A stretch of 64,000 nucleotides of DNA from an uncultured Poribacteria bacterium (GTDB taxonomy: Bacteria; Poribacteria; WGA-4E; WGA-3G): NCBI GenBank assembly GCA_958296135.2, contig CATQHZ020000001.1:2976001-3040000 (forward strand). Reading direction: 5' to 3'. Below the pieces are notes generated by a model. That model was not told the DNA's origin. It saw nothing but the letters and a program-made list of their open reading frames with translations, and searched no databases. The position numbers and the translations under genes were made by a program. Each line of letters opens with the position of its first letter. Positions within the stretch are counted from its first letter, which is position 1. Below, in pieces: positions 1 to 10,507 of this stretch.

Positions 1-863
1 GCCTCCCTGTTGTTCCGCCGACACCGGAACGCGTTGAACGGATGCTGAGTGGCACAAACCGAGGTGCGGCCGAACTCATCGCGCCTGTCCCGCCGAAGTG
101 GGGACGCGCTACCGTGGAAAAAATCGCGATTAACGCTGTGATGGCAGGTTGTGCTCCTGCCTATTTACCGGTTGTCCTCACGGCGGTGGAGGCGATGACG
201 GCGGCGCAGTTTAACCTGCACGGCGTTCAGGTGACAACTTCACACGTAGCACCGATGCTCGTCGTCAATGGGCCTATCCGAAAACAGTTGGACATCAACG
301 ACGGTTTTAACCTTTTTGGGCAAGGGTGGCGCGCGAACGCGACGATCGGACGCGCGGTGCGACTCGTCTGCACCAATATCGGCGGTGCACTGCCGGGTGA
401 ACTCGACCGGGCTGCCTTCGGACACGCCGGTAAATACACCTGCTGCATCGCTGAAAAAGAGGAAGAAAGCCCGTGGCTGCCGTTGCATGTTGAACGCGGT
501 TTTCAGGCGGATGAAAGCACAGTAACCGTCTTCGCCGGTGCCAGTCCACAGAGTATCAATGACCACGGCAACAACACGGCAGCGGGTATTCTGGACACTA
601 TCTGTGCAAGTTTGACTGCGCCCGGCAACAGCGGCGGCGAAACCCTACTCGTCATTGGGGTTGAGCACGCGAAGACGATGTCTGACGATGGCTTTAGCAA
701 AGCGGATGTGCGGGAGTATATCGCGGAAAAAACGGAGCAGCAGTATCGTGCGGATGCTCTGATGCTGATGGTGGCAGGCGGTCCCGCCGGACGATGGACT
801 ATCGCCGTGCCCGGGTGGGGTTCGCCGTCTTCGCGCGCGATGACCCTCGTCGTGAAGGGTTAA
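1..863 (+). CDS. Conserved hypothetical protein, 5'-truncated by the window (family often annotated as thiol-disulfide oxidoreductase/UGSC-associated)
   Basis: Frame open from window start (LPVVPPTPERVERML...); motifs ATVEKIAINAVMAGC, RANATIGRA, EESPWLPLHVERGF. Confidence 0.6.
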   Translation, partial: LPVVPPTPERVERMLSGTNRGAAELIAPVPPKWGRATVEKIAINAVMAGCAPAYLPVVLTAVEAMTAAQFNLHGVQVTTSHVAPMLVVNGPIRKQLDINDGFNLFGQGWRANATIGRAVRLVCTNIGGALPGELDRAAFGHAGKYTCCIAEKEEESPWLPLHVERGFQADESTVTVFAGASPQSINDHGNNTAAGILDTICASLTAPGNSGGETLLVIGVEHAKTMSDDGFSKADVREYIAEKTEQQYRADALMLMVAGGPAGRWTIAVPGWGSPSSRAMTLVVKG

Positions 864-911
864 TCCTATATCGCCCCCAGACGCGGGCAATTGCAGGAAA
901 TGAAATTTTTC

Positions 912-940
912 TTGCAAACGCGCCCAAAATGTGGTATACT
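912..940 (+). promoter_or_regulatory. Sigma70-like promoter of the CBS-CBS-korAB operon
   Basis: TTGCAA-17bp-TGgTATACT. Confidence 0.55.
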
Positions 941-1002
941 ATAATAATTAAGAAACTAGAGCCCGGTTTTAGACGTTATTTTTATTGAGAGGAAACCCAG
1001 CA

Positions 1003-1440
1003 ATGGACGCGAGAACGTTGTCTCTACCGATTAGCACTCTTAACTATAATCAGCCCACCACTGTGCAAGTTGGCAGTCCTGTGTCCGAGGTTATTGATGT
1101 GATGCAGGAAGGTGGGTTTGGATGTGTTCTCATCGTTGACCATGAACAACGGCTGTCGGGCATTGTCACAGAGCGCGACCTGCTTGTTCACGTAAGCGGG
1201 CGGCGGTTGTCCCCCGGGGATACACCGGTTGAAGAGGTGATGACAAATGAACCGGAAGCATTGCGCGCGAGCGACCCGATTGCATTTGCCTTGAACCTGA
1301 TGCACCTTGGACACTTCCGGCACGTGCCGCTCTGTGTGTGGGATGACCGGGGTGATGCCTATCCTGTCGGAGTCATTTCAACGCACGATATCTTGCAACA
1401 CGCCGCAACATTCTTGGAGAATCAGGGGAAGGGGGCCTAA
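1003..1440 (+). CDS. CBS domain-containing protein
   Basis: GIVTERDLL, FRHVP, VGVISTHDIL; SD GAGAGGA before ATG 1003. Confidence 0.85.
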   Translation: MDARTLSLPISTLNYNQPTTVQVGSPVSEVIDVMQEGGFGCVLIVDHEQRLSGIVTERDLLVHVSGRRLSPGDTPVEEVMTNEPEALRASDPIAFALNLMHLGHFRHVPLCVWDDRGDAYPVGVISTHDILQHAATFLENQGKGA

Positions 1441-1442
1441 CC

Positions 1443-1979
1443 ATGCTGTATGACTTGGCGATTGACGAAGAATTAGAACAAATGGAGGCCGATGCCGCGT
1501 TGAGAGCCTGGGATGCGCACGAGATCCAGATCCCCCTCCGGTTGCTAATGCGTCCCGTTGTCACGATTCACATCGGCAGCAGCACGCAAACAGCCATCGA
1601 GCTGCTGATAGAGCACCATGTTGGCGCGGCACCTGTAGTTGACGACGAAAACCGCCTCTGCGGCATTTTCAGTGAGCGCGACGTGCTACGCAAAATTCTC
1701 AATAGAACGGTGGGAGACCTCGGGGCCATCGGGGTTGAACACTTCATGAGCACTACCCCGCAGACCGCGCAACAGGAGGATATGCTGGATACCGCGATGC
1801 TTTACATGGCCCGCGGTGGCTACCGACATATCCCTATCGTGGACGAACAGCACCAGCCTATCGGGATGGTATCGATTCGGGACGTTATCTCGCATCTCGT
1901 GGATGAATTTCCGCAGGAAGTACTGACGTTACCGCCGAGGCCTGTCCGCGACGCGATGAAAGCGCGGGAGGGGGCGTAA
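1443..1979 (+). CDS. CBS domain-containing protein
   Basis: GIFSERDVL, YRHIPIVD, GMVSIRDVI. Confidence 0.85.
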   Translation: MLYDLAIDEELEQMEADAALRAWDAHEIQIPLRLLMRPVVTIHIGSSTQTAIELLIEHHVGAAPVVDDENRLCGIFSERDVLRKILNRTVGDLGAIGVEHFMSTTPQTAQQEDMLDTAMLYMARGGYRHIPIVDEQHQPIGMVSIRDVISHLVDEFPQEVLTLPPRPVRDAMKAREGA

Positions 1980-1981
1980 AG

Positions 1982-3859
1982 GTGAAAACTACAGAGGAAT
2001 CGATTCTGATGCGCAAGCCAATAGAGCAAATTGAGGCGGCGACTATTCTGTTTGCAGGCGACTCCGGTGACGGCTCGCAGACGATTGGTGCCCAGATGAC
2101 TGAAACAACTGCCCTCGTCGGCAATGATGTCGCGACGCTCCCCGATTATCCTGCGGAGATTCGTGCTCCGGCCGGGTCATTGGCAGGTGTCTCTGGGTTC
2201 CAACTCCACTTCTCAAGCGAACAAATTCATACCCCCGGCGATCTCTGTGATGTGCTGGTAGCTATGAACCCGGCTGCCCTAAAGGTTCATCTTCAAAAAT
2301 TGAAACCGGGCGGCATCCTGATTATCAACTCGGACAATTTCGCGCGCCGAAATCTGCGTCTCGCGGGTTACGAGCAGGACCCGCTCACAGACGGTTCGCT
2401 CACAAAATACCAGGTCTTTCCTGTCGATTTGACGCGGCTCACCCGAAAAGCACTTGAACATACGGAACTTACCATCCGGGAAATCGACCGGTGCAAGAAC
2501 TTTTTCGCGCTCGGCATGATTCTGTGGCTTTACAACCGCCCCATGGACTATACCATGAAGTGGATCAAGACGAAATTCGCGACAAAGCCGCAGTATGTTG
2601 AGTCCAACATTCTTGCGCTCCGCGCGGGCAATATCTACTGCGAGGCCACCGAGCAGTTCGCTACGTCTTACAATGTAAAGCCTGCTGAATTTTCGCCTGG
2701 TACCTATCGGAACATTGAAGGCAACATGGCGACGGTGCTCGGTTTAGTCGCCGCTTCGCATCAGTCTGGTTTGCCGCTCGTTTACGGCAGTTATCCGATA
2801 ACGCCGGCTAGTGATATTCTCCACGGGCTTGCGCAGTATCGTAACTTCGGTGTGGTGACGATGCAGATGGAGGATGAAATCGCCGCGGTCGGCGTGGCAA
2901 TCGGTGCGGCGTTTAGCGGTGCGCTCGGTGTTACCGGCAGCAGCGGGCCTGGGCTTGCGCTGAAATCTGAGGCGATTAATCTTGCGATGATTGCGGAGCT
3001 GCCCCTCGTGATATGCAATATCCAACGTGCGGGCCCTTCCACCGGTATGCCGACGAAGACAGAGCAGTCCGATCTGTTGCAAATGCTTTACGGGCGCAAT
3101 GGCGAGTCACCGATACCTATTGTCGCCCCGACGCGTCCCTATGACTGCTTTGACACCGTCTATGAGGCGTGCCGTATCGCCGTGAAATACCGTACGCCGG
3201 TCATTTTTCTCTCCGATCTTTACGTTGCGATGGGCGCGGAGCCTTGGAAGATTCCGAGACTCTCGGAGTTGCCCACTATTGAGCCCGATTTTGCGAAAGG
3301 GTTCTCGCAGAACGGAAACGATGGCGACGCGTTTGAACCGTATCTACGGGATGCGGAAACGTTGGCCCGTCCTTGGGCGAAGCCGGGGACATCGGGGTTG
3401 GAACACCGCATCGGTGGCCTTGAGAAATCGGATGTCACGGGCAATGTCAGTTACGATGCCGAGAACCACGAGAAGATGGTGCATCTTCGTGCGGAGAAGG
3501 TTGCGCGCATCGCTCAGGACATTCCTCCGACTGAGGTATTCGGTGCAGAATCAGGCGAGCTGCTCCTCCTCGGCTGGGGTGGCACTTACGGGCCCATCCG
3601 CACTGCTGTTGAAAATTGTATTGCTGATGGTGCTTCCGATGTGGCTCATGTCCATATCCGCCACCTGAACCCGTTTCCGCGCGACCTCGGGGAGGTGCTA
3701 GCCCGGTTCAAAAGGGTTTTAGTTCCTGAGTTGAACAGCGGGCAGCTCCGCCAGCTCATCCGTAGCACTTATCTCATCGATGCAATAGGACTCAATAAAG
3801 TGCAAGGACAACCGTTCCACGTTTTCGAGGTGGAAGCGAAAATCAATGAGCTCTTGTAG
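1982..3859 (+). CDS. korA: 2-oxoacid:ferredoxin oxidoreductase alpha subunit
   Basis: FAGDSGDG, YPAEIRAP, YPITPASDI, QMEDEIAA, QRAGPSTGMPTK. Confidence 0.93.
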   Translation: MKTTEESILMRKPIEQIEAATILFAGDSGDGSQTIGAQMTETTALVGNDVATLPDYPAEIRAPAGSLAGVSGFQLHFSSEQIHTPGDLCDVLVAMNPAALKVHLQKLKPGGILIINSDNFARRNLRLAGYEQDPLTDGSLTKYQVFPVDLTRLTRKALEHTELTIREIDRCKNFFALGMILWLYNRPMDYTMKWIKTKFATKPQYVESNILALRAGNIYCEATEQFATSYNVKPAEFSPGTYRNIEGNMATVLGLVAASHQSGLPLVYGSYPITPASDILHGLAQYRNFGVVTMQMEDEIAAVGVAIGAAFSGALGVTGSSGPGLALKSEAINLAMIAELPLVICNIQRAGPSTGMPTKTEQSDLLQMLYGRNGESPIPIVAPTRPYDCFDTVYEACRIAVKYRTPVIFLSDLYVAMGAEPWKIPRLSELPTIEPDFAKGFSQNGNDGDAFEPYLRDAETLARPWAKPGTSGLEHRIGGLEKSDVTGNVSYDAENHEKMVHLRAEKVARIAQDIPPTEVFGAESGELLLLGWGGTYGPIRTAVENCIADGASDVAHVHIRHLNPFPRDLGEVLARFKRVLVPELNSGQLRQLIRSTYLIDAIGLNKVQGQPFHVFEVEAKINELL

Positions 3860-4028
3860 TTTAAAATAACCACGCTATACCAAACTATGCTGATTCCGCT
3901 CGTCACTGTAGGTGGAGGTTCGCCGGATTTTTGGGCTCAGGCGAGTTTGAACTACAGCGGTGAATTTGGTATTATTGGGCGAAGATGTCAGACTTGACAG
4001 AAGATTCGTCCTGACGCTAGGCAAACCG

Positions 4029-5108
4029 ATGAAAAAGAAAAGACTCCAAAATAGAACAGCCAGAAAAGCGGCGGGGGAACCCCGAATGCCTGGGGCCGCT
4101 CCTACCCTCACCCGAAAGGATTTTGAATCCGACCAGGATGTGCGCTGGTGCCCCGGCTGTGGGGACTACTCTATCCTCGCGCAGACGCAGCGGATTATGC
4201 CGGAGCTGGGTATCCCGCGCGAGAATATCGTCTTTATCTCCGGAATCGGATGTTCCAGTCGGTTCCCCTACTACATGAATACCTTCGGGTTTCATACGAT
4301 TCATGGTAGGGCTCCGACTATCGCGTCCGGTGTGAAAATCGCCAATCCAGACCTCTCTGTTTGGGTAGTCACGGGTGATGGCGATGCGCTCTCGATCGGC
4401 GGCAATCATTTCATCCACTTGATGCGCCGCAATTTTAACATCAACATGCTGCTTTTTAATAACCGTATCTACGGCCTTACGAAGGGGCAATATTCGCCCA
4501 CCTCGGAGCAGGGGAAGCGGACGAGGTCTACGCCGCTTGGTTCATTAGATACGCCGTTTAATCCGATTAGCCTCGCGTTGGCATCGGGGGCGACGTTCGT
4601 GGCGCGTTCGTTAGACCGGGATCCGAACCATTTGCGCACGGTTATCAAGCAGGCGTTTGAACATAAAGGCACCTCCTTCATCGAAATCTACCAAAACTGC
4701 AATGTGTTCAACGACAAAACCTTTTTCGCATACACGGAGAAAGAGACGAAGGCTGAAAACACAGTCTTTCTTGCGCACGGCGAACCGCTCCTCTTCGGAA
4801 GAGAATTGGATAAAGGGATTCGGCTGAACGGCTTCCAACCCGAAGTCGTGGATACGACGAACGGGGATTACACACGCGCAGACCTCATCGTCCACGACAG
4901 GTATGCGGAGAATACGACGGCAGCCAACTTTCTCGCGCGGATGAGCGATACGCCGGGTATGCCGCATCCTGTCGGTATCTTTCGCAGCGTCACGCACCCG
5001 TGTTACGAAGATCTGATGACGCATCAGGTAGCGTTTGCGAAGGAACGCATGGGTGAAGGCAATTTGGAGGCCCTGCTGAACGCGGGAGAAACCTGGACGG
5101 TGACATAA
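4029..5108 (+). CDS. korB: 2-oxoacid:ferredoxin oxidoreductase beta subunit (start may be 4086)
   Basis: WCPGCGD, GIGCSSR, TPP-binding GDGD...NN, GLTKGQYSPT. Confidence 0.93.
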   Translation: MKKKRLQNRTARKAAGEPRMPGAAPTLTRKDFESDQDVRWCPGCGDYSILAQTQRIMPELGIPRENIVFISGIGCSSRFPYYMNTFGFHTIHGRAPTIASGVKIANPDLSVWVVTGDGDALSIGGNHFIHLMRRNFNINMLLFNNRIYGLTKGQYSPTSEQGKRTRSTPLGSLDTPFNPISLALASGATFVARSLDRDPNHLRTVIKQAFEHKGTSFIEIYQNCNVFNDKTFFAYTEKETKAENTVFLAHGEPLLFGRELDKGIRLNGFQPEVVDTTNGDYTRADLIVHDRYAENTTAANFLARMSDTPGMPHPVGIFRSVTHPCYEDLMTHQVAFAKERMGEGNLEALLNAGETWTVT

Positions 5109-5142
5109 AAAAAACGGTGCGATTCGGATTTCGCTCTTCCCG

Positions 5143-5169
5143 GTAGGCGCGGTTTCAAACCGCGCTTAC
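5143..5169 (+). repeat. GTAG-REP palindrome, family B (GTAGGCGCGGTTTCAAACCGCGC)
   Basis: Related copies at about 20364, 33211, 36697, 37310, 44752, 51793, 53870. Confidence 0.8.
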
Positions 5170-5236
5170 TGCTCGGGTGCGGTGAGCGTGCAGACCGCCC
5201 GCAATTGAAAACGAAATCGTTTTGCGAGAGTCAACC

Positions 5237-8200
5237 ATGTCAAACGATAATTCAGGAATTCGGGACAACCAGAGGCGCGGCACAGTCGCCAACTTTCTCC
5301 AGCAGGAAATCGAGGCTGGTTCGTCGCTTTCCATCGTATCGGCGTATTTCACGATTTACGCATTTGAGCGGTTGAAACATACCCTGAGCGACATCAGTGA
5401 ACTTCGGTTTCTGTTCGGTGAGCCGAATTTTATCAAAAGTCTTGACCCGAGCCTTGAGGGGAAAAAAGCGTTCGCGCTTACGGACGAAGGCTTGCAACTG
5501 CGTCAGCAATTCCGCCAGAAGCAGGTCGCGAGGGACTGTGCCGAGTGGATAAAAGAGAAGGTGCAAATCCGTTCAACTCGGGAATCAAATTTTCTCCACG
5601 GGAAAATGTATCACATCGCCACGGGCGGCATAGAAAAGGCGATTCTCGGCAGTTCCAATTTCACTGTGCGCGGACTTGGGCTGGGTAAGAGAGGAAATAA
5701 CGTTGAGCTCAATCTGGTGGTATCCGATGACCGGGACCGGAAGGCTCTGAAAGCGTGGTTCGATGAGATTTGGAACGACGAAAAACGGGTTGAAGACGTA
5801 AAAGAAGCAGTGCTTGCCGCGCTGAACAAAATTGGGAAGGACCACGGCCCAGATTTCATCTATTTCAAGACGCTCTATGAACTTTTCCGGGGCGAGATAG
5901 AGTCGAGAAGGGACAATGAGCGGCAGCTTGAAGACACGCACCTGTATGATACCCGCATTTGGGATGCGTTGTATGAGTTCCAGAAAGAAGGCACGAAAAG
6001 CGTCATTGCGCGGCTGTTGCGGCACAACGGCTGTATTCTCGCCGACAGCGTTGGGCTCGGGAAAACCTACACAGCGTTGGCGGTTATCAAGTTTTTTGAA
6101 TTGCGAAACGAACGCGTGCTTGTGCTGTGTCCAAAGAAGTTGCGCGAAAACTGGTCCCTCTATCTTGCGCATACCGCGCAGGCGAACAACCCTTTCCTTG
6201 ATGACAAGTTCGGTTATGCGCTGCTCTCGCATACCGATCTCTCTCGTTACAGCGGCACATCTGGTGATGTTTCGTTGGAAGGCTTCAATTGGGGCAATTT
6301 CGATCTGGTAGTCATCGACGAGTCGCATAATTTCCGGAACGACACCAACCCTCGCCGTGACGAAGACGGCGCTCTTATCCGCCACAGTCGTTACTCACGG
6401 TTGTTGGAGGAAGTTATCAAGGAAGGCACGCAGACGAAGGTGTTGATGCTCTCGGCTACCCCGGTAAATACCTCCCTGACAGATCTGCGCAATCAGATTT
6501 ACCTGATGACAGAGAAGCGCGAGGATGCTTTTCAAGAGCACTTGGGCGTGGGCGACATGAGGGCCATGCTGGGGCGAGCGCAAAAGGCGTTTAAGAAATG
6601 GGAGGAGAGCCCAAACGAGGATGGCAGCAGAGACAAGTCTGAGTTGTTAGCAACCTTGGGTGCGGATTTCTTCAAGCTGCTCGGCGGCGTTTCTATTGCC
6701 CGTTCTCGGCGGCAGATTGAGAAGTTCTACGCCGACGAAATGCATCGCATTGGCAAGTTCCCGCAAAAGCCTTCACCGGAAAACTGCCACCCGAAAACAG
6801 ATCTGACCGGCGCGCTCTCCTATGAAGCGTTGGCGGAACAGATTGGGAAATTCGCCCTATCCATCTATCGACCCTCCACTTACGTAATCGGCGAGTCTGC
6901 CAAACAGCGGCTAGCAGCCGAGAAACAACGGTTCCGTTTCAACCAGGAAGACCGGGAGCGGTTCCTCATCGGGATGATGCAGACGAACTTTCTAAAGCGG
7001 TTGGAGAGTTCCGCGCGCTCCCTCGCACTGACGCTTGAACGCACCATCAAAAAAATTGATAACATGCTGGAAAAGATTGAGCGGTTTGAACGGAATCAGC
7101 AGGGGCAGAACGCGCGAGCTGACATCCTTCCTGATGACGACGAAGACGATGAGGAGTTCCTCGTCAATCGCGCACGTCATCCGTATCATCTCCGCGAGTT
7201 GGATTGCAACCGTTGGAAGCGTGCTCTTCTCAAGGATAAACGCATCCTGCAGACAGCGTGGGATAAAGTCAGAGCTATCGGAGCGGAACGCGACGGTAAA
7301 CTGAAGGAGCTCCGAGCACATATTCGGGACAAGGTGCAAAACCCGACGAAGGACAAGGACGGCAGGACGAACCGCAAATTGCTGGTGTTCACCACTTTCA
7401 AGGATACAGCCCTCTATCTTTACGAAAATTTGGAGGCACTTGGTGCGGAATTAGGCGTGCAGATGGCATTCGTCTCGGGGGATGCGACGCGCACCACCTG
7501 CGGCGAAAACAACTTCAACGCTATTTTGACGAATTTCGCTCCACGGGCGCGAGGCAGGAGCAGTGATAGCCCCTCCGGCGAGATTGAGTTGCTCATCGCT
7601 ACAGACTGTATCTCCGAAGGGCAAAACCTGCAGGATTGCGACACGGTGGTGAACTACGATATTCATTGGAATCCGGTGCGTATCATCCAACGTTTCGGCC
7701 GGATTGACCGGATTGGCAGCCGTAACAAGGCGGTGCGGATGATAAACTACTGGCCCACCGAAGACATGGAGGTCTACTTGCGGTTGCAGAGTCGCGTTGA
7801 ATCGCGTATGGCTCTCGCCGATATGGCGGCGAGTGGTGACGATGACCCGCTGAACGAATTCACTTATGAACATGCCCAGATGGAGTTGAATTTCCGGGAC
7901 GAGCAATTGAAGCAGCTGCGCGAAGATGTCTTGGACTTGGACGCGCTCTCCGATGGGGTTGTCCTCAGCGATTTCACGCTTGACTATTTCTTCACCCAGT
8001 TGCTGCAGTATCTTGAAAAGAATAGGGCAGAATTAGAATCAACACCGAACGGCGCGTATGCCATCACCGACAACGGGATTCATCCGACAGAAACGGGTGT
8101 CATCTTTTTGCTGCGGCAGCGCAACGCCGACACGAGTGATAAACAGCGCAAAACGGCGAGTCCGATTTATCCGTATTACGCGGTGTATATCCGCGATAAC

Positions 8201-8518
8201 GGCGACATCCGCTATGGTTGCACTAACACGCAGCAGGTGCTGACTCTGTTTGAATCAGTGGCTGTCGGAAAGACGGAACCGTTGCAAAACCTGTGTCTCC
8301 AATTTGAGCAGGAGACTCGGAACGGCCAAGACATGGCGCGTTATGAAAAGTTGTTGGACGCGGTTATTGCGCATATCGGCAAGGCGCATACGACGACGCA
8401 GACGCAACATCTGGGTATTGACGGCACGCGAGGTTTCAAGTTAACGCCGAGTACCGAGGTTCCCAGAGGCACCGACGATTTTGAGTTGGTGACGTGGTTG
8501 GTTATCACGCCCTCATAG
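5237..8518 (+). CDS. PLD nuclease-SNF2 helicase fusion, R-M associated
   Basis: N-terminal HGK...GSSNFT (PLD); ADSVGLGKT, DESH, LSATP, SEGQNLQ, QRFGRIDRIG. Confidence 0.88.
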   Translation: MSNDNSGIRDNQRRGTVANFLQQEIEAGSSLSIVSAYFTIYAFERLKHTLSDISELRFLFGEPNFIKSLDPSLEGKKAFALTDEGLQLRQQFRQKQVARDCAEWIKEKVQIRSTRESNFLHGKMYHIATGGIEKAILGSSNFTVRGLGLGKRGNNVELNLVVSDDRDRKALKAWFDEIWNDEKRVEDVKEAVLAALNKIGKDHGPDFIYFKTLYELFRGEIESRRDNERQLEDTHLYDTRIWDALYEFQKEGTKSVIARLLRHNGCILADSVGLGKTYTALAVIKFFELRNERVLVLCPKKLRENWSLYLAHTAQANNPFLDDKFGYALLSHTDLSRYSGTSGDVSLEGFNWGNFDLVVIDESHNFRNDTNPRRDEDGALIRHSRYSRLLEEVIKEGTQTKVLMLSATPVNTSLTDLRNQIYLMTEKREDAFQEHLGVGDMRAMLGRAQKAFKKWEESPNEDGSRDKSELLATLGADFFKLLGGVSIARSRRQIEKFYADEMHRIGKFPQKPSPENCHPKTDLTGALSYEALAEQIGKFALSIYRPSTYVIGESAKQRLAAEKQRFRFNQEDRERFLIGMMQTNFLKRLESSARSLALTLERTIKKIDNMLEKIERFERNQQGQNARADILPDDDEDDEEFLVNRARHPYHLRELDCNRWKRALLKDKRILQTAWDKVRAIGAERDGKLKELRAHIRDKVQNPTKDKDGRTNRKLLVFTTFKDTALYLYENLEALGAELGVQMAFVSGDATRTTCGENNFNAILTNFAPRARGRSSDSPSGEIELLIATDCISEGQNLQDCDTVVNYDIHWNPVRIIQRFGRIDRIGSRNKAVRMINYWPTEDMEVYLRLQSRVESRMALADMAASGDDDPLNEFTYEHAQMELNFRDEQLKQLREDVLDLDALSDGVVLSDFTLDYFFTQLLQYLEKNRAELESTPNGAYAITDNGIHPTETGVIFLLRQRNADTSDKQRKTASPIYPYYAVYIRDNGDIRYGCTNTQQVLTLFESVAVGKTEPLQNLCLQFEQETRNGQDMARYEKLLDAVIAHIGKAHTTTQTQHLGIDGTRGFKLTPSTEVPRGTDDFELVTWLVITPS

Positions 8519-8673
8519 GACTTCCGCCGAGCAAGCCTTGTAGGCGCGTATTTCTATATCCGCCCGTGGCCGGCCATTTTGGTGCCAAGAAAACGCCGCC
8601 CAGTAGGAGAGCCCTCCCAGTCTCAATATCGCGTGCATTGGGTAAAAGAGCCCTCTTTGGCGAGAATACAGAC

Positions 8674-9879
8674 ATGAAAGACTCAACCTTTATCACCAGA
8701 GTTATCCTCAAAAACTATAAGAGCATTGCGGCGTGCGATGTGCGGCTGGGGCCGCTGATGTTCCTTGTCGGCCCGAACGGCGCGGGCAAGAGCAATTTTC
8801 TGGATGCGCTGCGCTTTGTGGCCGACGCTTTGAATTCATCGTTGGACCACGCTTTGCGTTCTCGAGGCGGCATCAACGATGTTCGCCGCCGCTCCCGTGG
8901 ACATCCGAACCACTTCAGCATTCGGCTGGAGTTCACTTTGCCAGAAGGGGTTACTGGACACTACGCCTTCCGCATCGGTTCTCGTCCACGTAGGGGATAC
9001 GAAGTTCTCACCGAAGAGTGTAGCCTTCGGGAGAAATTTTTCGCGCCAAGGGAATACTTCAGTGTTGTGAATGGCGAGGTTGAAACAAGCGTGGAGGTGG
9101 CTCCGGCGGCTTCAAAAGATCGACTCTATTTGGTAAACGCTTCCGGGCTCCCCGAATTTCGCGCGGTTTACGATGCGTTTTCTCGGATGGGATTTTACAA
9201 TCTCAACCCCGATAAAATCCGAGAGCTCCAAGACCCAGATCCGGGTGTACTGCTCATTCGTGATGGGAGCAACCTTGCGAGTGTCCTCGCTCAGCTTTCA
9301 CCTCCGGTGAAACGACGCATCGAGGAATATCTGGCGAACGTTGTTCCCGGTGTGCAAGGGGTAGAGGTTAAAGAAATTAGACCCAAGGAGACATTGGAGT
9401 TCAGGCAGGATGTCGCCGGTGACAAGTACCCGTGGCGATTTCTGGCAAACAATATGTCCGATGGCACGCTCCGGGTGCTAGGGATTCTCGTAGCACTGTT
9501 CCAGGAGAATCAAGAGACACAAAAGCACGTATTACTCATCGGAATTGAGGAACCAGAAATCGCGCTGCATCCGGCAGCAGCAGGCGTGCTGCTTGATGGA
9601 CTTCGGCAAGCCGCCAACAAGACTCAGGTGCTCATCACCAGCCATAGTCCGGATCTGCTTGATAACAAGGACTTGGATGTAGAGTCAATTCTTGCAGCTG
9701 AAGCGCGCGATGGGAATACGGCAATAGGCCCTGTGGACGAAGTCGGCAGATCTGTGGTGCGAGACCGGCTGTTCACAGTTGGGGAGCTTCTCAGCATCAA
9801 CCAATTGCAACCAGATCTGGCGCATGTCTATCCGACTGCAAAAGTGAGACAACTCGGTCTGTTTGAAGACGAAAAATAA
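8674..9879 (+). CDS. AAA_21/ABC-type ATPase
   Basis: Walker A GPNGAGKS, MSDGT signature, IEEPEIALHP, ITSHSP. Confidence 0.85.
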   Translation: MKDSTFITRVILKNYKSIAACDVRLGPLMFLVGPNGAGKSNFLDALRFVADALNSSLDHALRSRGGINDVRRRSRGHPNHFSIRLEFTLPEGVTGHYAFRIGSRPRRGYEVLTEECSLREKFFAPREYFSVVNGEVETSVEVAPAASKDRLYLVNASGLPEFRAVYDAFSRMGFYNLNPDKIRELQDPDPGVLLIRDGSNLASVLAQLSPPVKRRIEEYLANVVPGVQGVEVKEIRPKETLEFRQDVAGDKYPWRFLANNMSDGTLRVLGILVALFQENQETQKHVLLIGIEEPEIALHPAAAGVLLDGLRQAANKTQVLITSHSPDLLDNKDLDVESILAAEARDGNTAIGPVDEVGRSVVRDRLFTVGELLSINQLQPDLAHVYPTAKVRQLGLFEDEK

Positions 9880-9892
9880 TGGAAAAACCCAG

Positions 9893-10492
9893 ATGCCAGT
9901 CAAAATCGGTTGCATTGTTGAAGGGCATGGCGACGTGGAGGCAGTCCCAATCCTTATTCGGCGTGTCGCGACAAACCTTTACCCAGAACTGACGATTAGC
10001 ACGTATCCCACGCGTGTTCCTAGGACTAAACTTGTTAAAGTCGACAGCCTTGAGAGGACTATCGAATTAACGGTTCGGAGGATTGGTAAGCAAGGTGCTA
10101 TATTTATCATCTTGGATAGCGACGATGACTGTCCAGCGGAACTGGGGCCAGAGTTGCTCCAGCAAGTGGTAAAAATTCGGAGCGACTTGCCGATCTCTGT
10201 TGTGCTCGCGAAATGTGAGTTTGAAGCGTGGTTTCTCGCTGCAGCCGAGTCGCTGCGCGGACAGAGAGGGCTAAAAAACGATCTTCAGTCCCCGAGCAAT
10301 CCAGAGGGAATCCGTGACGCAAAGGGATGGCTGAGCAGACAGATGGAAGACAACAGAACGTATGATGAAAGAAACGACCAGCCGGCCTTCGCAGCGCGTT
10401 TTGATTTTGAACAAGCGCGAAACGCCGATTCGTTTGACAAATGCTACCGGGACATCGTTCGGCTCCTCTGCGAGTTGCAAGACAACCAATAA
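9893..10492 (+). CDS. DUF4276-like TOPRIM-fold protein, partner of the AAA_21 ATPase
   Basis: IVEGHGD, ILDSDDDCP, EFEAWFLA. Confidence 0.75.
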   Translation: MPVKIGCIVEGHGDVEAVPILIRRVATNLYPELTISTYPTRVPRTKLVKVDSLERTIELTVRRIGKQGAIFIILDSDDDCPAELGPELLQQVVKIRSDLPISVVLAKCEFEAWFLAAAESLRGQRGLKNDLQSPSNPEGIRDAKGWLSRQMEDNRTYDERNDQPAFAARFDFEQARNADSFDKCYRDIVRLLCELQDNQ

Positions 10493-10507
10493 ACGGGAAC
10501 AACGCGC

